Origin: an uncultured Candidatus Saccharibacteria bacterium
GTDB lineage: Bacteria; Patescibacteriota; Minisyncoccia; CAIUEV01; JAHKAQ01
Reading direction: 5' to 3'
Assembly: GCA_964598205.1 (NCBI GenBank)
Contig: CAZRBB010000004.1
Location: 2,324 to 66,323, forward strand
DNA length: 64,000 nt
Each line of letters starts with the position of its first letter. Position 1 is the first letter of the stretch. Position numbers and translations under genes: made by a program. This document shows positions 20,776 to 30,065 of this stretch, piece by piece. Under the pieces are notes generated by a model that saw nothing but the letters and a program-made list of their open reading frames with translations, was not told the DNA's origin and ran no database searches.

Positions 20776-20934
20776 TTTTTTACAGAACCAATGTCCTTTT
20801 CGGAGTACGCTCGCCCTCGACCATGGCTCGCTCCACCTTGTTCCTGTTTTCCTTTGTCTAAAAAGCTTAGGGTTCAGTAGGCGGGAACAAGGAGCCTCCT
20901 CTAAGAACATTGGTTCTGTAAAAAATTATTAAAA
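20776..20934. repeat. Family-A element, copy A4
   Basis: The core is near-identical to A3. The outer arms differ: TTTTTTACAGAACCAATG ... CATTGGTTCTGTAAAAAA. Confidence 0.75.
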
Positions 20935-20976
20935 GTCCGGTTTATAAAATTGACTAATAATTTTTAATTCAGAGTA

Positions 20977-21600
20977 GTGGGCGAATCTTTAGAATCAAAA
21001 AACAAAAGAAAGGGGATGTCGTTGGTTGAGGCAATAGTAGCGGTGACGGTTTTTGTAACGGCTTCTTCTTTGGCGGCTTCTTTTATTACTTATGGCTACC
21101 GGAATCATTTAAAAGTTACAGAAGAGGCACTGGCAACGGATCGAGTGAATATAAGTATCCAGAAATTAGCGGAAGAGTTAAGAAAAACACGAACCGGTGA
21201 GAATGCTGGTTTTCCAATTATTACGGCCCAAGAAGATGAGATTGCTTTTTATTCGGATTCTGATAACGATGGCAAAGCGGAAAAAATACGGTATTTTCTT
21301 AGTAATGAAGTGTTTTATCGGGGAGTGACGGAGCCAACTGGAGCGCCACCGGTTTATCTTGTGGCGAATGAAGTGGTAAAAAAAATAACCGATAAAATAG
21401 TTTGGGAAGAAGGCAGTCCTTTATTTAATTACCACGGAATAGATCCTCTGGGTGGCGGTGTTAATGAAGTCTTGAGTTTTCCGGTAGATGTTTCTCGGGT
21501 GCGATTAGTGGAGATTACGCTAAAGACTCCAGTTGGAAAAGAAGAGAAAATAAGAACGGTAAGCACCCAAGTTCTTTTAAGAAATTTAAAAGATTATTAA
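20977..21600 (+). CDS. Prepilin-type pseudopilin, 207 aa
   Basis: ...NKRKG then MSLVEAIVAVTVFV, the prepilin cleavage/methylation motif with E+5. Confidence 0.7.
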   Translation: MGESLESKNKRKGMSLVEAIVAVTVFVTASSLAASFITYGYRNHLKVTEEALATDRVNISIQKLAEELRKTRTGENAGFPIITAQEDEIAFYSDSDNDGKAEKIRYFLSNEVFYRGVTEPTGAPPVYLVANEVVKKITDKIVWEEGSPLFNYHGIDPLGGGVNEVLSFPVDVSRVRLVEITLKTPVGKEEKIRTVSTQVLLRNLKDY

Positions 21601-21601
21601 A

Positions 21602-22993
21602 ATGAGAAACCAAAAAAAAATAAGACGCGGTTCGATACTTCCTTTGGTTCTGGTTTTTGGAAGCTTTTTTTTAGTGGTCTTAGTGAGTCTTTTGGGATAT
21701 GTGGAAAGCCAACGGGGCCTGAGCATTAAAAAAGTTCAAAGGGAAGAAGCATTTAATATTTCTGAGGCTGGGCTGGCAATGTATCGCTGGCACATTGCTT
21801 CTGAATTAGATGGAAAAATTGCTGACGATATTCAAAATTATTGGGATGGGAGTCCGTTGGGAGTTCCTTTTTACGAAAGAGAATACAAAGATCCTCAAGG
21901 AAAAGCAGTAGGCAAATACCGCTTGGAAGTAACGGTACCTGAGCCTGGATCTACAATAATAGACGCTAAAATTACTGGCTGGAATTATCTTAATCCGAAT
22001 GCCAAGCGGATAATCAAGGCTCGTTTTAGGAAACCGGCTTGGAGCGAGTTTGCTGTGGTGGCCAACGATGTGATGCGATTTGGAGAAGGGACAGAAGTTT
22101 GGGGAAAGATCCATTCTAATGATGGCATTCGGTTTGATGGAATAGCACATAATTTGGTTTCTTCGGCGCGTGATGTTTATTGGGACCCCGATACTAGTTC
22201 CCAGAGGCCAGGGGTCTGGACTTCTAAATCTGATCCTGGTGATGTTTTTTTGGCAGGGACGGCATTTCCTTTGGCTACTGCTGATTTTACTGGGATCACC
22301 GGAGACCTGAGAGATATTAAGACCAATGCTCAATCTGGTGGACTTTATTTGGCTAAGACTACCGGATCTTACAAAAATGGTTATCGATTAAACATAAAAA
22401 CTAACGGAACAGTGGATGTTTACCGAGTAAAAACGCGCGGTGCTGTTAGCTATCAGATTCAATCAGAAACTTTTTTAAGGAACTATCCTTTGCCGGCTAA
22501 CGGTTTAATTTTTGTAGAAGATGATGCAACGATAGAAGGAACACTGAATAATAAATACTTAACAATTGTGGCTGCCGATATAACCTCTGGTGGTTCTTTT
22601 AGGAATATTTTTTTGGAGAAAGATTTGGTTTATGCTCACCGCAACGGTTCGGAGATTTTAGGATTGATTGCTCAGGGAAGTATTAAAATCGGGCTTTTTT
22701 CTAATAATGTTTTAAAAATTGATGGGGCATTGATTGCTCAGAACGGCAATGTGGGGCGCGATTATTTTACTTCTGGAGACAGTTCCACTTATTATAAAAG
22801 AGATACGATTACGGTTTATGGGGCTATCGCTACTAACCAGCGATACGGTTTTTCTTGGGGTTGCCCCACAACTTATTGTAGTGGTTATAAAAATCGTAAT
22901 CTGATTTTTGATTCAGAGCTGATCAATAAAATTCCGCCGTTTTTTCCAACTCAGAATAGCTATGGCTTAGATATGTGGGAGGAAGAAAAATAA
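21602..22993 (+). CDS. Membrane-anchored pilus-associated protein (PilX/minor-pilin-like position), 463 aa
   Basis: N-terminal TM ILPLVLVFGSFFLVVLVSLLGY. Immediately follows the pseudopilins in the operon. No prepilin E+5. Confidence 0.45.
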   Translation: MRNQKKIRRGSILPLVLVFGSFFLVVLVSLLGYVESQRGLSIKKVQREEAFNISEAGLAMYRWHIASELDGKIADDIQNYWDGSPLGVPFYEREYKDPQGKAVGKYRLEVTVPEPGSTIIDAKITGWNYLNPNAKRIIKARFRKPAWSEFAVVANDVMRFGEGTEVWGKIHSNDGIRFDGIAHNLVSSARDVYWDPDTSSQRPGVWTSKSDPGDVFLAGTAFPLATADFTGITGDLRDIKTNAQSGGLYLAKTTGSYKNGYRLNIKTNGTVDVYRVKTRGAVSYQIQSETFLRNYPLPANGLIFVEDDATIEGTLNNKYLTIVAADITSGGSFRNIFLEKDLVYAHRNGSEILGLIAQGSIKIGLFSNNVLKIDGALIAQNGNVGRDYFTSGDSSTYYKRDTITVYGAIATNQRYGFSWGCPTTYCSGYKNRNLIFDSELINKIPPFFPTQNSYGLDMWEEEK

Positions 22994-23088
22994 TGTATAA
23001 TACTTGTGAATTAACAATTACGAATTTTGAATTTTGAATTTTGATTAAAATTTGAAGTTAGAATTTTAATTGAGGCTCAAGATTAACA

Positions 23089-23160
23089 GGGACTAGAGAA
23101 GTATTTATTTAGTAGGCAAGGCTCTTAGTCTACTGAATGAATATTCCTCTGGTCTCTGTC
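23089..23160. repeat. Solo copy of the family-C hairpin module (the same module is nested in A6/A9 and, more divergently, in A1)
   Basis: GGACTAGAGAAGTATTTATTTAGTAG-GCAAGGCTCTTAG-TCTACTGAATGAATATTCCTCTGGTCTC. The loop GCAAGGCTCTTAG is shared with the inserts at 31336-31415 and 43959-44030. Confidence 0.6.
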
Positions 23161-23207
23161 AATGCGAACAAAGAGCCTTCTCTAAAATAAAAAATAATTT
23201 TCTTGCG

Positions 23208-24296
23208 GTGCTTTATCAAGTGGATTATACAAAATCTTTTGGACTACAAATAGAAGATAGAAGTTTGCGAATTTTAGAAATTTCTAAAAATAAAAACGGG
23301 CTCTTGGTGAGAGGGTATGCCAAGCGGAAACTGGCTCCAGGGCTAATAATTAAGGGAGTGATTCAAAAACATAAGCTAGTGGCGGAAACTATTCGGCGAG
23401 CCATGGCTGATGCTATTCCTAACCCTATTAAAAAAAAGGAAGTTATTTGTTCGGTTCCAGAATATAAAACTTTTGTTAAAATTTTAGAGATGCCCTTGAT
23501 TGATCCGGAAGAAGCAGAGGAAGCTGTTAGATGGGAGGCAGAAGACAGTATTCCCTTGCCCTTGGAGAAAGTTTTTTTGGATTGGAAAATAATAGAACGC
23601 TACCCAGAAAAGAAAAAAATGAAAGTGGCAGTGGTGGCGGCGCCGAAAGAAATAATTCTTGGTCGGATTCAAGTTTTAGAATATGCCGGACTTTTGCCCG
23701 TAGGGTTTGAACCGGATTCTTTTGCCTTGAGCAAATGTTTGGGCAAGATGGAAACTGCTTCTCTTAGGCCGGAAATGATTATTTATTTAGGAGAAAGAAA
23801 ATCAATTGTGGTGATTAAACGGGGTTTTTTGGCGCTTTTTTCTTCTAGTCTTCTTTTGGGAGTGACAGATGTTAAAAGAGCTATCTTAACGAGCTTTGGC
23901 AGTTCTTCTAAGCATCGCTTACCAGAATCAGATCTGGAAATGGAATTAGAAAAAACGGTGACCAAAGATTTAGAGAAGTTTGGCTTTGATTCGTCTAGGG
24001 AAAAAGGGAAAAAACAGCTCTTAATTGGGAAGGAAAGTCTAAGTGAACTTTTACGGGAAATAAAGAGTGCTTTGAATTATTTTGAAGAAGAATTAGAAGA
24101 AGAAGTAGAAATGATTTATTTAACCGGAGCGGGGAGTGCAATTAAAGGAATGGATGCTTTTTTGGGAAAGGAAATTTCTAGAGAGATTTTGGAAGGAAAA
24201 GAGCTTTCTTTCTATAAAGTGAAGCATAGTGCACTGACAATGCCTAAAAGATTAATCAGCGATTATGCGATTGCTTTGGGGAGCGCTCTTGGTTAG
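23208..24296 (+). CDS. pilM: Type IV pilus assembly protein PilM (actin-like ATPase fold)
   Basis: GTG start. PilM-like N-terminus and length. Followed by pilN/pilO. Confidence 0.8.
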   Translation: MLYQVDYTKSFGLQIEDRSLRILEISKNKNGLLVRGYAKRKLAPGLIIKGVIQKHKLVAETIRRAMADAIPNPIKKKEVICSVPEYKTFVKILEMPLIDPEEAEEAVRWEAEDSIPLPLEKVFLDWKIIERYPEKKKMKVAVVAAPKEIILGRIQVLEYAGLLPVGFEPDSFALSKCLGKMETASLRPEMIIYLGERKSIVVIKRGFLALFSSSLLLGVTDVKRAILTSFGSSSKHRLPESDLEMELEKTVTKDLEKFGFDSSREKGKKQLLIGKESLSELLREIKSALNYFEEELEEEVEMIYLTGAGSAIKGMDAFLGKEISREILEGKELSFYKVKHSALTMPKRLISDYAIALGSALG

Positions 24297-24298
24297 AT

Positions 24299-24417
24299 AA
24301 AATCTTGTACAATGACACATTTCTTCGTTAAAACCGTCGTTACTCGCTTACCGTAACACAATTACGCTTCGCTCGTTCCTCCGGTTTTGCCTTGAACTGT
24401 GTCATTGTACAAGATTT
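24299..24417. repeat. Family-B repeat element, copy B2
   Basis: Core CATTTCTTCGTTAAAACCGTCGTTACTCGCTTACCGTAACACAATTACGCTTCGCTCGTTCCTCCGGTTTTGCCTTGAACTG. Flanked by the inverted repeat AATCTTGTACAATGACACA / TGTGTCATTGTACAAGATT. Confidence 0.65.
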
Positions 24418-24448
24418 AGGAATAAAAAAAGATAAAAAAGAAGATAAA

Positions 24449-25096
24449 ATGGAGATCAATCTTCTGCCCGAAGAGCAGGTAGAAAAAATAAAAATGAACT
24501 GTCTTTCCAAGAAGGCAACGGGATTGATTGTTTTGGCTATTTTTTTAAATGTAGTTTTTGGTTTTTATATTTATTCGCTAAAAGCGGGAATGACTGAACG
24601 GTTAAAAGAGGAAGAGGCACGCAAGAATACGCTGGCGCTAAAAGAAGAAGTGAAGGACTTGGAAAAGTTTGAAGCAGAAGTAAAAAAAAGTTTTGATCTT
24701 TTAGAAAAAGCTAAGAGGATTCAAAAGGAAGAAGAAAAATCTTCTGTTTGGTTTTTAATTCTTTCCGAGTTGCATGATTTTTGGGAATCAGGAATTGTTT
24801 TTTCTTCTTTCGTGGTTCAAGAAGAAGAAAAAATAGTACCACCCAAGGACGAAAAAGAAGAAGCTGAGAAGACGGCCGAAGAGAAAAAGGCTGAAGCAGA
24901 GAATAAGAAAAATGTGGAAGAAAAAGTTATTTACGAAATAATACTTTCTGGAAAGGCAAAAGAGAGAGATCAGGTGATTCGTTTAAAAGAAAAGCTGGCG
25001 AGTTCGGATTTTTATAGGGAGGTAATTTCTCCGGTTTCCAACTTAACTTCTAGGGAAGATGTGGAATTTGATTTTACTTTAAAACTTAAAGAATGA
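24449..25096 (+). CDS. pilN: Type IV pilus assembly protein PilN
   Basis: N-terminal MEINLLPEE (the INLLP signature), a single TM helix, and a coiled-coil with a Glu/Lys-rich C-terminus. The start is set at the ATG preceding INLLP. The six-frame ORF begins at a TTG 57 nt upstream at 24392. Confidence 0.7.
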   Translation: MEINLLPEEQVEKIKMNCLSKKATGLIVLAIFLNVVFGFYIYSLKAGMTERLKEEEARKNTLALKEEVKDLEKFEAEVKKSFDLLEKAKRIQKEEEKSSVWFLILSELHDFWESGIVFSSFVVQEEEKIVPPKDEKEEAEKTAEEKKAEAENKKNVEEKVIYEIILSGKAKERDQVIRLKEKLASSDFYREVISPVSNLTSREDVEFDFTLKLKE

Positions 25097-25683
25097 TTTT
25101 GGGTAAGTTTAAAAATAAGCTTTTTATTTTCTTGGCAATAGAGCTTTCTTTTTTGGTTTTTTCTGGTTGGATGCTTAATTCTGTTTGGCTTTTGGATCTG
25201 GCAATTAGGGATGCCCAAAAATCTTCTTGGGAAATGGAAGTAAAGATTGCTAACTATGACCGATTAAAAGAAGAACGCAGCAAGCTAGAAGGTGAGGGGA
25301 AAAGACTTTTTAGGCGCTTTGTGACCGACGACGAGGCTCCGGTGGAATTTATTTCTAAAATAGAAAAGGCAGCTGAGGATTCTGGGGTTAAGTTAAAGTT
25401 GGAGACTTATCAGGAAAAAGCAGTGAAGAAGAAAGGTAAGGTTGAAGAAAAAAAAGGAGAAGGAGAAGCATTAGCTTTGATTTTAAAAACAGAGAGCGGT
25501 TTCTTTGAATGGATGCGTTTTTTGGCTAGAATAGAAAACTTAGACGGCTATTCTTCTGTTAAAAAAATAAGCTTGAATTTTGGAAAAGTGGAGGAAGATA
25601 CAACGGCGCCTTCTAGTGTGGGAGGAGAAGAAACGGGTCTTGCTTCAAAACTTTTGGGAGAAACTATAATTGTGGCTTATTAA
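25093..25683 (+). CDS. pilO: PilO-like pilus assembly protein (single TM)
   Basis: Overlaps the pilN stop in an ATGA junction. TM FIFLAIELSFLVFSGWML. Operon position. Confidence 0.5.
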   Translation: MILGKFKNKLFIFLAIELSFLVFSGWMLNSVWLLDLAIRDAQKSSWEMEVKIANYDRLKEERSKLEGEGKRLFRRFVTDDEAPVEFISKIEKAAEDSGVKLKLETYQEKAVKKKGKVEEKKGEGEALALILKTESGFFEWMRFLARIENLDGYSSVKKISLNFGKVEEDTTAPSSVGGEETGLASKLLGETIIVAY

Positions 25684-25969
25684 AATGAAATTATATAATT
25701 TAAAAAGATTTATTCTTGGTCGCGAAAAAGTGATTTTTTGTTTAATGCTTTTAGGGACGATCCTGCCTTTGATTTTTGGTGTATTGGTCTATGAAAGATT
25801 TGATTTAAATGATGAGAAAAGAGAGCAGACAGTAGAAAATGATAGTGGAAATAAGCTGAAGTATAAAATAGATCCCAAGGCATTAGAAGAAATGGATCAA
25901 TATTTTAAGGAACGAGAAGATTTTATAAAAAAAGAAGAAATCAAGAAGTTTAAAGAAATTTTTGGATGA
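25670..25969 (+). CDS. Small single-TM protein, unknown (possible PilP-like accessory)
   Basis: 99 aa. TM FCLMLLGTILPLIFGVLVY. Overlaps its neighbours by a few nt, suggesting translational coupling. Confidence 0.4.
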   Translation: MWLIKMKLYNLKRFILGREKVIFCLMLLGTILPLIFGVLVYERFDLNDEKREQTVENDSGNKLKYKIDPKALEEMDQYFKEREDFIKKEEIKKFKEIFG

Positions 25970-26946
25970 CAAAAAACGGTTATCTTTCGCCAAAAACCGC
26001 TTTATCTTTAGAACTTATTAAAACTTTGATTTATTTTCGTGCAAGGAAACTGCCGGCACCATTAGTGGTTTTGACGCGCTTTTCTTTGTTTAAATCGCTG
26101 GAGACGGAAAAAATAACCGGTCAGGTAGCAATAGTTTTGGAAGAATTAAAGGACAGGGGACTGGTTTCTTGTTTTAGAGGATTTTATTATTGGGGGAAGA
26201 AAGAAAAAAAGGGAAAAACGCAGGATTTAAAAATCGCTGCCGAAAAAATGAAAATGGCGACCGGAGCGGCGTTTTTTTTACGACACTTGCCGTTTCTTAG
26301 GCTGGTAGCGGTTTCGGGAACGGTGGCCTCTGGTAATCCGCGATCTAAAAGTGACATTGATCTTTTTTTGGTAGTGAGAAAAGGTCGGATTTGGATGGCA
26401 CGATTGGGAGTGCTTTTGGTTTTGGAACTGATTGGTAAGAGGAAAAAAGGTCAAAAGAAAAAAGACCGCTTTTGTTTGAATTGTCTTTTAGCAGAAGACA
26501 GTTTAAAAATGAAATTTTTTGATTTGTATTCAGCACAGGAGCTTTTGTTTTTAACACCACTTTTAGCGCAATCAGGAATTATTCGACGCTTAAGAAAGAA
26601 AAATGTTTGGATTAAAAAATATTTAGGAGATTTTGATTTTGATCAGGAGCCGCTTAGTGGTTGGTGGCAAGAGCGAGCTGGGGGTTTTTCTTGGTTGAGT
26701 TGGGTGTTAGAGCAATTGCTTTTGTTGCCGATTTTTGATTGGCTAGAGCGGTGGTTGGGGAAAAAACAAGCAGAGAGAATAGAGCGGAAGCGGAAACAGG
26801 AAAAAGACGGTCAAGTTTATTGGGGTGATGATGCTTTAATTTTTCATCCTAAGCCAAAGAGCGTTATCTTGAAAAAAATTTACGAACGAATTTTGATTAA
26901 GGATCGAGAAAAAATTAAAAATTTTGCGCTAAGTTTTAATCGTTGA
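25966..26946 (+). CDS. Nucleotidyltransferase-fold protein (Pol-beta-like GS..DxD motif) with N-terminal wHTH-like region
   Basis: VAVSGTVASGNPRSKSDIDLFLVV followed by a downstream acidic LLAED. 326 aa. Confidence 0.5.
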   Translation: MTKNGYLSPKTALSLELIKTLIYFRARKLPAPLVVLTRFSLFKSLETEKITGQVAIVLEELKDRGLVSCFRGFYYWGKKEKKGKTQDLKIAAEKMKMATGAAFFLRHLPFLRLVAVSGTVASGNPRSKSDIDLFLVVRKGRIWMARLGVLLVLELIGKRKKGQKKKDRFCLNCLLAEDSLKMKFFDLYSAQELLFLTPLLAQSGIIRRLRKKNVWIKKYLGDFDFDQEPLSGWWQERAGGFSWLSWVLEQLLLLPIFDWLERWLGKKQAERIERKRKQEKDGQVYWGDDALIFHPKPKSVILKKIYERILIKDREKIKNFALSFNR

Positions 26947-26970
26947 AGAAATGAATAAGAGAAGAATTAA

Positions 26971-28656
26971 ATGGGAAATCGATATCGAATAAAAATAAAA
27001 GATCTTTTTAAAAATAGTTTAGAATTTAAAAAGAATTATTTGGAAGGATTGTTTTTGGTGTTTTTATTTACTTTCTTTCTACTTTTTTCTTATGGCCATA
27101 TTGAGCAAAGTATTTCTTTAATTAAATATCATAACGAATGGGGAATACAGAACCTTATTGATAATTACAATCTTTTTCATCGTTCTTTTGGAGAATTTTT
27201 TCTCCAAACTGGTCAGTTTCATGAGGGCAATACTACTTCCGGATGGCGGACAATGTTCTATCTTCTACCCCTGTTTCTGTTTTGTGATTTATTTGGTGGA
27301 TTCAGTTTTAAGCTAGTCTGTTTTTTTACAGTTACAACTTCATTACTTGCTCTGTTTTTGTTCTATTTGTGGATTAGGAATTCATGGGGAAGGAAAGCAG
27401 CTTTTTTCGGTGTTCTTTTCTTTGGCTTTTCTGCTGTTTTTCAGGAATTTTCAAGGTCGGGCAGTTATGGTGCCTATAGCTTATTGTTGTGTGTGGCATG
27501 GCTTTTACTTTGTTTTTTAAAAAATAAAAAAGAGAATGTTTTATACTTTCTCTTTTTTGGCATTTTAACGGGATTTTCTTGGTATGCCTACAGTCTTCTT
27601 AGGGGATTGACTTTGGTGGCCTTTATTCGTGTTTTTTGGTCCAAGATAATTCCAAAATGGAAAACTGTGGGGTTGTTTTTGCTAGGTTTTTTAATAACCA
27701 TTATTCCTGGAGTTATTATTCTATTACAACAAACAGGGAACAATGGCGGACCAATGCATTTATTGTTTGTTGATAAAGAAAATATTTTAGATGAAGGAAA
27801 AAATATTTCTAATACCTTTAGAATACTTTCTTTAAACTTAATTGTTTTTTTAAAGAGGATAACGGGATTCTCTCAAATGTTAGAGCCCATGGTTAAAGAT
27901 AGGATTCATGCGCATTTTATTAATCCGATTCTTTTTTTACCAATGATGGTTGGTTTTTTTAGTGTTTTAAAATCATGGCGTCAATTCAGAAATATCTTCT
28001 TACTGCTATCGTCGGTGTTTATTTTTGGAATAGCAATATTAACATCAGATTATGGGTATATTGAAGCTAGGCGTTCTGTTTTCTACTTAATTCCAATGTA
28101 TTGTTATCTTGGATTGGGAGCCAAATTAATCTTGGATTTGGTTTTAAAAATAAAACTTCTTTGGGCTAAAAGATTAATCTTGTTGTTTTTTGTAATTATC
28201 ATTGGCAATGTTTTAGTTTTGGAAAGAAGCTTTGTCCACGAGTATATTCTAAGCCCTAAGAGGGATCTTGGTTTATTGGCTTTCTCTGATAAGCTTAAGA
28301 AGTTAAAAGTTGGTGGGGAAATGCTTTACTTAGAGAGGCCGGAAAGAAAATTACCACAGGACAAAAGACCGCTGTATCTTTTTGCCAGTGAAAGTAATAT
28401 TATGCGCGTGGCTTTAGTGGAAAAAGGAAAAGAACCGTTTCGTATTACAAGCATAACGCCTACTGCTAGTGCCCCATATTTATTAGAATCCCTTTTTTTA
28501 ACTAAGAGTCCAGATATTTCAGAGAAAGAGTTTAGTCAATGGTGCGTGCGTAACAAGTTAAAATCTTCATTGGTTTTTGAATCTCCTGTAATTAATCTTC
28601 CTCACAAGACAAAGCTGGAAGAAGGATTGTTTAAGTTTTATAAGATTAATCGCTGA
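26971..28656 (+). CDS. Polytopic integral membrane protein (>=10 TM); possibly a GT-C-like glycosyltransferase or O-oligosaccharyltransferase
   Basis: 561 aa with many hydrophobic helices and a large C-terminal soluble domain. No definitive motif. Confidence 0.45.
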   Translation: MGNRYRIKIKDLFKNSLEFKKNYLEGLFLVFLFTFFLLFSYGHIEQSISLIKYHNEWGIQNLIDNYNLFHRSFGEFFLQTGQFHEGNTTSGWRTMFYLLPLFLFCDLFGGFSFKLVCFFTVTTSLLALFLFYLWIRNSWGRKAAFFGVLFFGFSAVFQEFSRSGSYGAYSLLLCVAWLLLCFLKNKKENVLYFLFFGILTGFSWYAYSLLRGLTLVAFIRVFWSKIIPKWKTVGLFLLGFLITIIPGVIILLQQTGNNGGPMHLLFVDKENILDEGKNISNTFRILSLNLIVFLKRITGFSQMLEPMVKDRIHAHFINPILFLPMMVGFFSVLKSWRQFRNIFLLLSSVFIFGIAILTSDYGYIEARRSVFYLIPMYCYLGLGAKLILDLVLKIKLLWAKRLILLFFVIIIGNVLVLERSFVHEYILSPKRDLGLLAFSDKLKKLKVGGEMLYLERPERKLPQDKRPLYLFASESNIMRVALVEKGKEPFRITSITPTASAPYLLESLFLTKSPDISEKEFSQWCVRNKLKSSLVFESPVINLPHKTKLEEGLFKFYKINR

Positions 28657-28660
28657 AAAA

Positions 28661-29032
28661 ATGAATAAAAGAAGAATTAAGAGCGCTAATTTGAATTTAA
28701 GAGATGAGCTTTCAGAAGTTGTTCGCCGGGAGATGGAGTTTCCAGACATTTTAGTAACCATTACTCGAGTAGAAGCTTCGGCGGATTTAAGGAGTCTTTT
28801 GGTTTTTGTGTCTACCATGCCCGAAGAAGCGTTAAAAAAGACCCTAAGAACTTTGCGGCGCAATATTTTTATGATTAAGGGGGCGCTTGTTCGGCGGGTA
28901 AAAATCAAGTATATTCCAAAGATTTCTTTTCGGCCTGATGAAGGTAGCCAAAATTATGCAGCGGTGGAACAAATTATTGGCGAATTAAAAAATGAAAAAT
29001 CAGTATCAAGCAAAAATAAAACGACTTTTTAA
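28661..29032 (+). CDS. rbfA: Ribosome-binding factor A
   Basis: ILVTITRVEASADLRSLLVFVS core. 123 aa, KH-like. Confidence 0.8.
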   Translation: MNKRRIKSANLNLRDELSEVVRREMEFPDILVTITRVEASADLRSLLVFVSTMPEEALKKTLRTLRRNIFMIKGALVRRVKIKYIPKISFRPDEGSQNYAAVEQIIGELKNEKSVSSKNKTTF

Positions 29033-30002
29033 GATTTTTAAGGAAGCAAAATCGGTGGCTCTTTTTTCACATAAAGATCCCGATGGCGATGCCTTAGGAT
29101 CCTCTTTAGCGCTAAGAAATTGGTTTTTAAAAGACGGGAAAAAAGTTTTTTCGGCCTATGCTGGTGTTGCTAATTGCGGATTAAAAAAGCTTTTTCGGGG
29201 TTGTGATGATTTTTTTGTAAAAGAAGGTGAGTTACCAGCTTGGGATGGGAAGCCGGTAGATCTAATTGTTATTTTAGATGCCGGTCAACCAGAGAGGACC
29301 GGTTTTCCTAATTATTTTTTAGAACAACTGGCCGGTGGCAAGGAAGCGCTTGCTTCCAAATTAATAATCTGGGATCACCATCGCGATTCGGCGGCGGAAG
29401 GTGTGCGTTTTTCTTTAGTGTTGCCTCAAAAAGCGGCAACTTGTGAAATGGTTTACGATTTTTTTAGAATCAATGAAATTGATTTTGGGAAAGAAGAAGC
29501 GGCTTTTATTTTGACGGGCATTTTTACAGATACTGGTGGTTTTTTGCATGCTAATACCACTAGTGGCTTGATTAAGGCGGCTTCTTATTTAATGCGAAAG
29601 GGAGTTTCTCTTTCGGCGATTGCCAAAGGGGTTTATGCCGAGAAAAAACCCGGTGTCTTAAAAATTTGGGGACGAGCATTGGCTCGGGCAGAAATAAATC
29701 AGAAAACTAAAGCGGCTTTTTCTTACGTGACTCAAAGAGACTTGGCTGAATGCCAAGCAAACTTGGAAGATCTTTCTGGAGTAACAAATATTTTAGGCAC
29801 AGCGAGTGAATCGCGGTTTTCTATTTTTTTGGCAGAAGCGGAAGAAAATAAAATTAAAGGAAGCTTGCGGAGTGAAGAGAATAAACATTGCGATGTTTCT
29901 AAGATAGCAAGAATGCTGGGTGGTGGCGGGCATCGGTTGGCTTCTGGTTTTGAGATTAAAGGCCGGATTACGAATCAGGGAGGGAAGGCGGCGGTAGCTT
30001 AG
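28992..30002 (+). CDS. nrnA: DHH/DHHA1 phosphoesterase NrnA (oligoribonuclease / pAp phosphatase)
   Basis: HKDPDGDALGS, IWDHHRD, and GGGH near the C-terminus. Confidence 0.85.
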   Translation: MKNQYQAKIKRLFKIFKEAKSVALFSHKDPDGDALGSSLALRNWFLKDGKKVFSAYAGVANCGLKKLFRGCDDFFVKEGELPAWDGKPVDLIVILDAGQPERTGFPNYFLEQLAGGKEALASKLIIWDHHRDSAAEGVRFSLVLPQKAATCEMVYDFFRINEIDFGKEEAAFILTGIFTDTGGFLHANTTSGLIKAASYLMRKGVSLSAIAKGVYAEKKPGVLKIWGRALARAEINQKTKAAFSYVTQRDLAECQANLEDLSGVTNILGTASESRFSIFLAEAEENKIKGSLRSEENKHCDVSKIARMLGGGGHRLASGFEIKGRITNQGGKAAVA

Positions 30003-30065
30003 GGAAATTTTGAATTTTGAATTTTGGATTTCGATTAAATTTTAAAATTAGAATTTTAATCAAAA

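Noticed and set aside
21806-22333. 175-aa minus-strand ORF inside the 463-aa pilus-associated gene
   Set aside because: Antisense to a clearly coding frame, with an Arg/Ser/Pro-rich low-complexity product.
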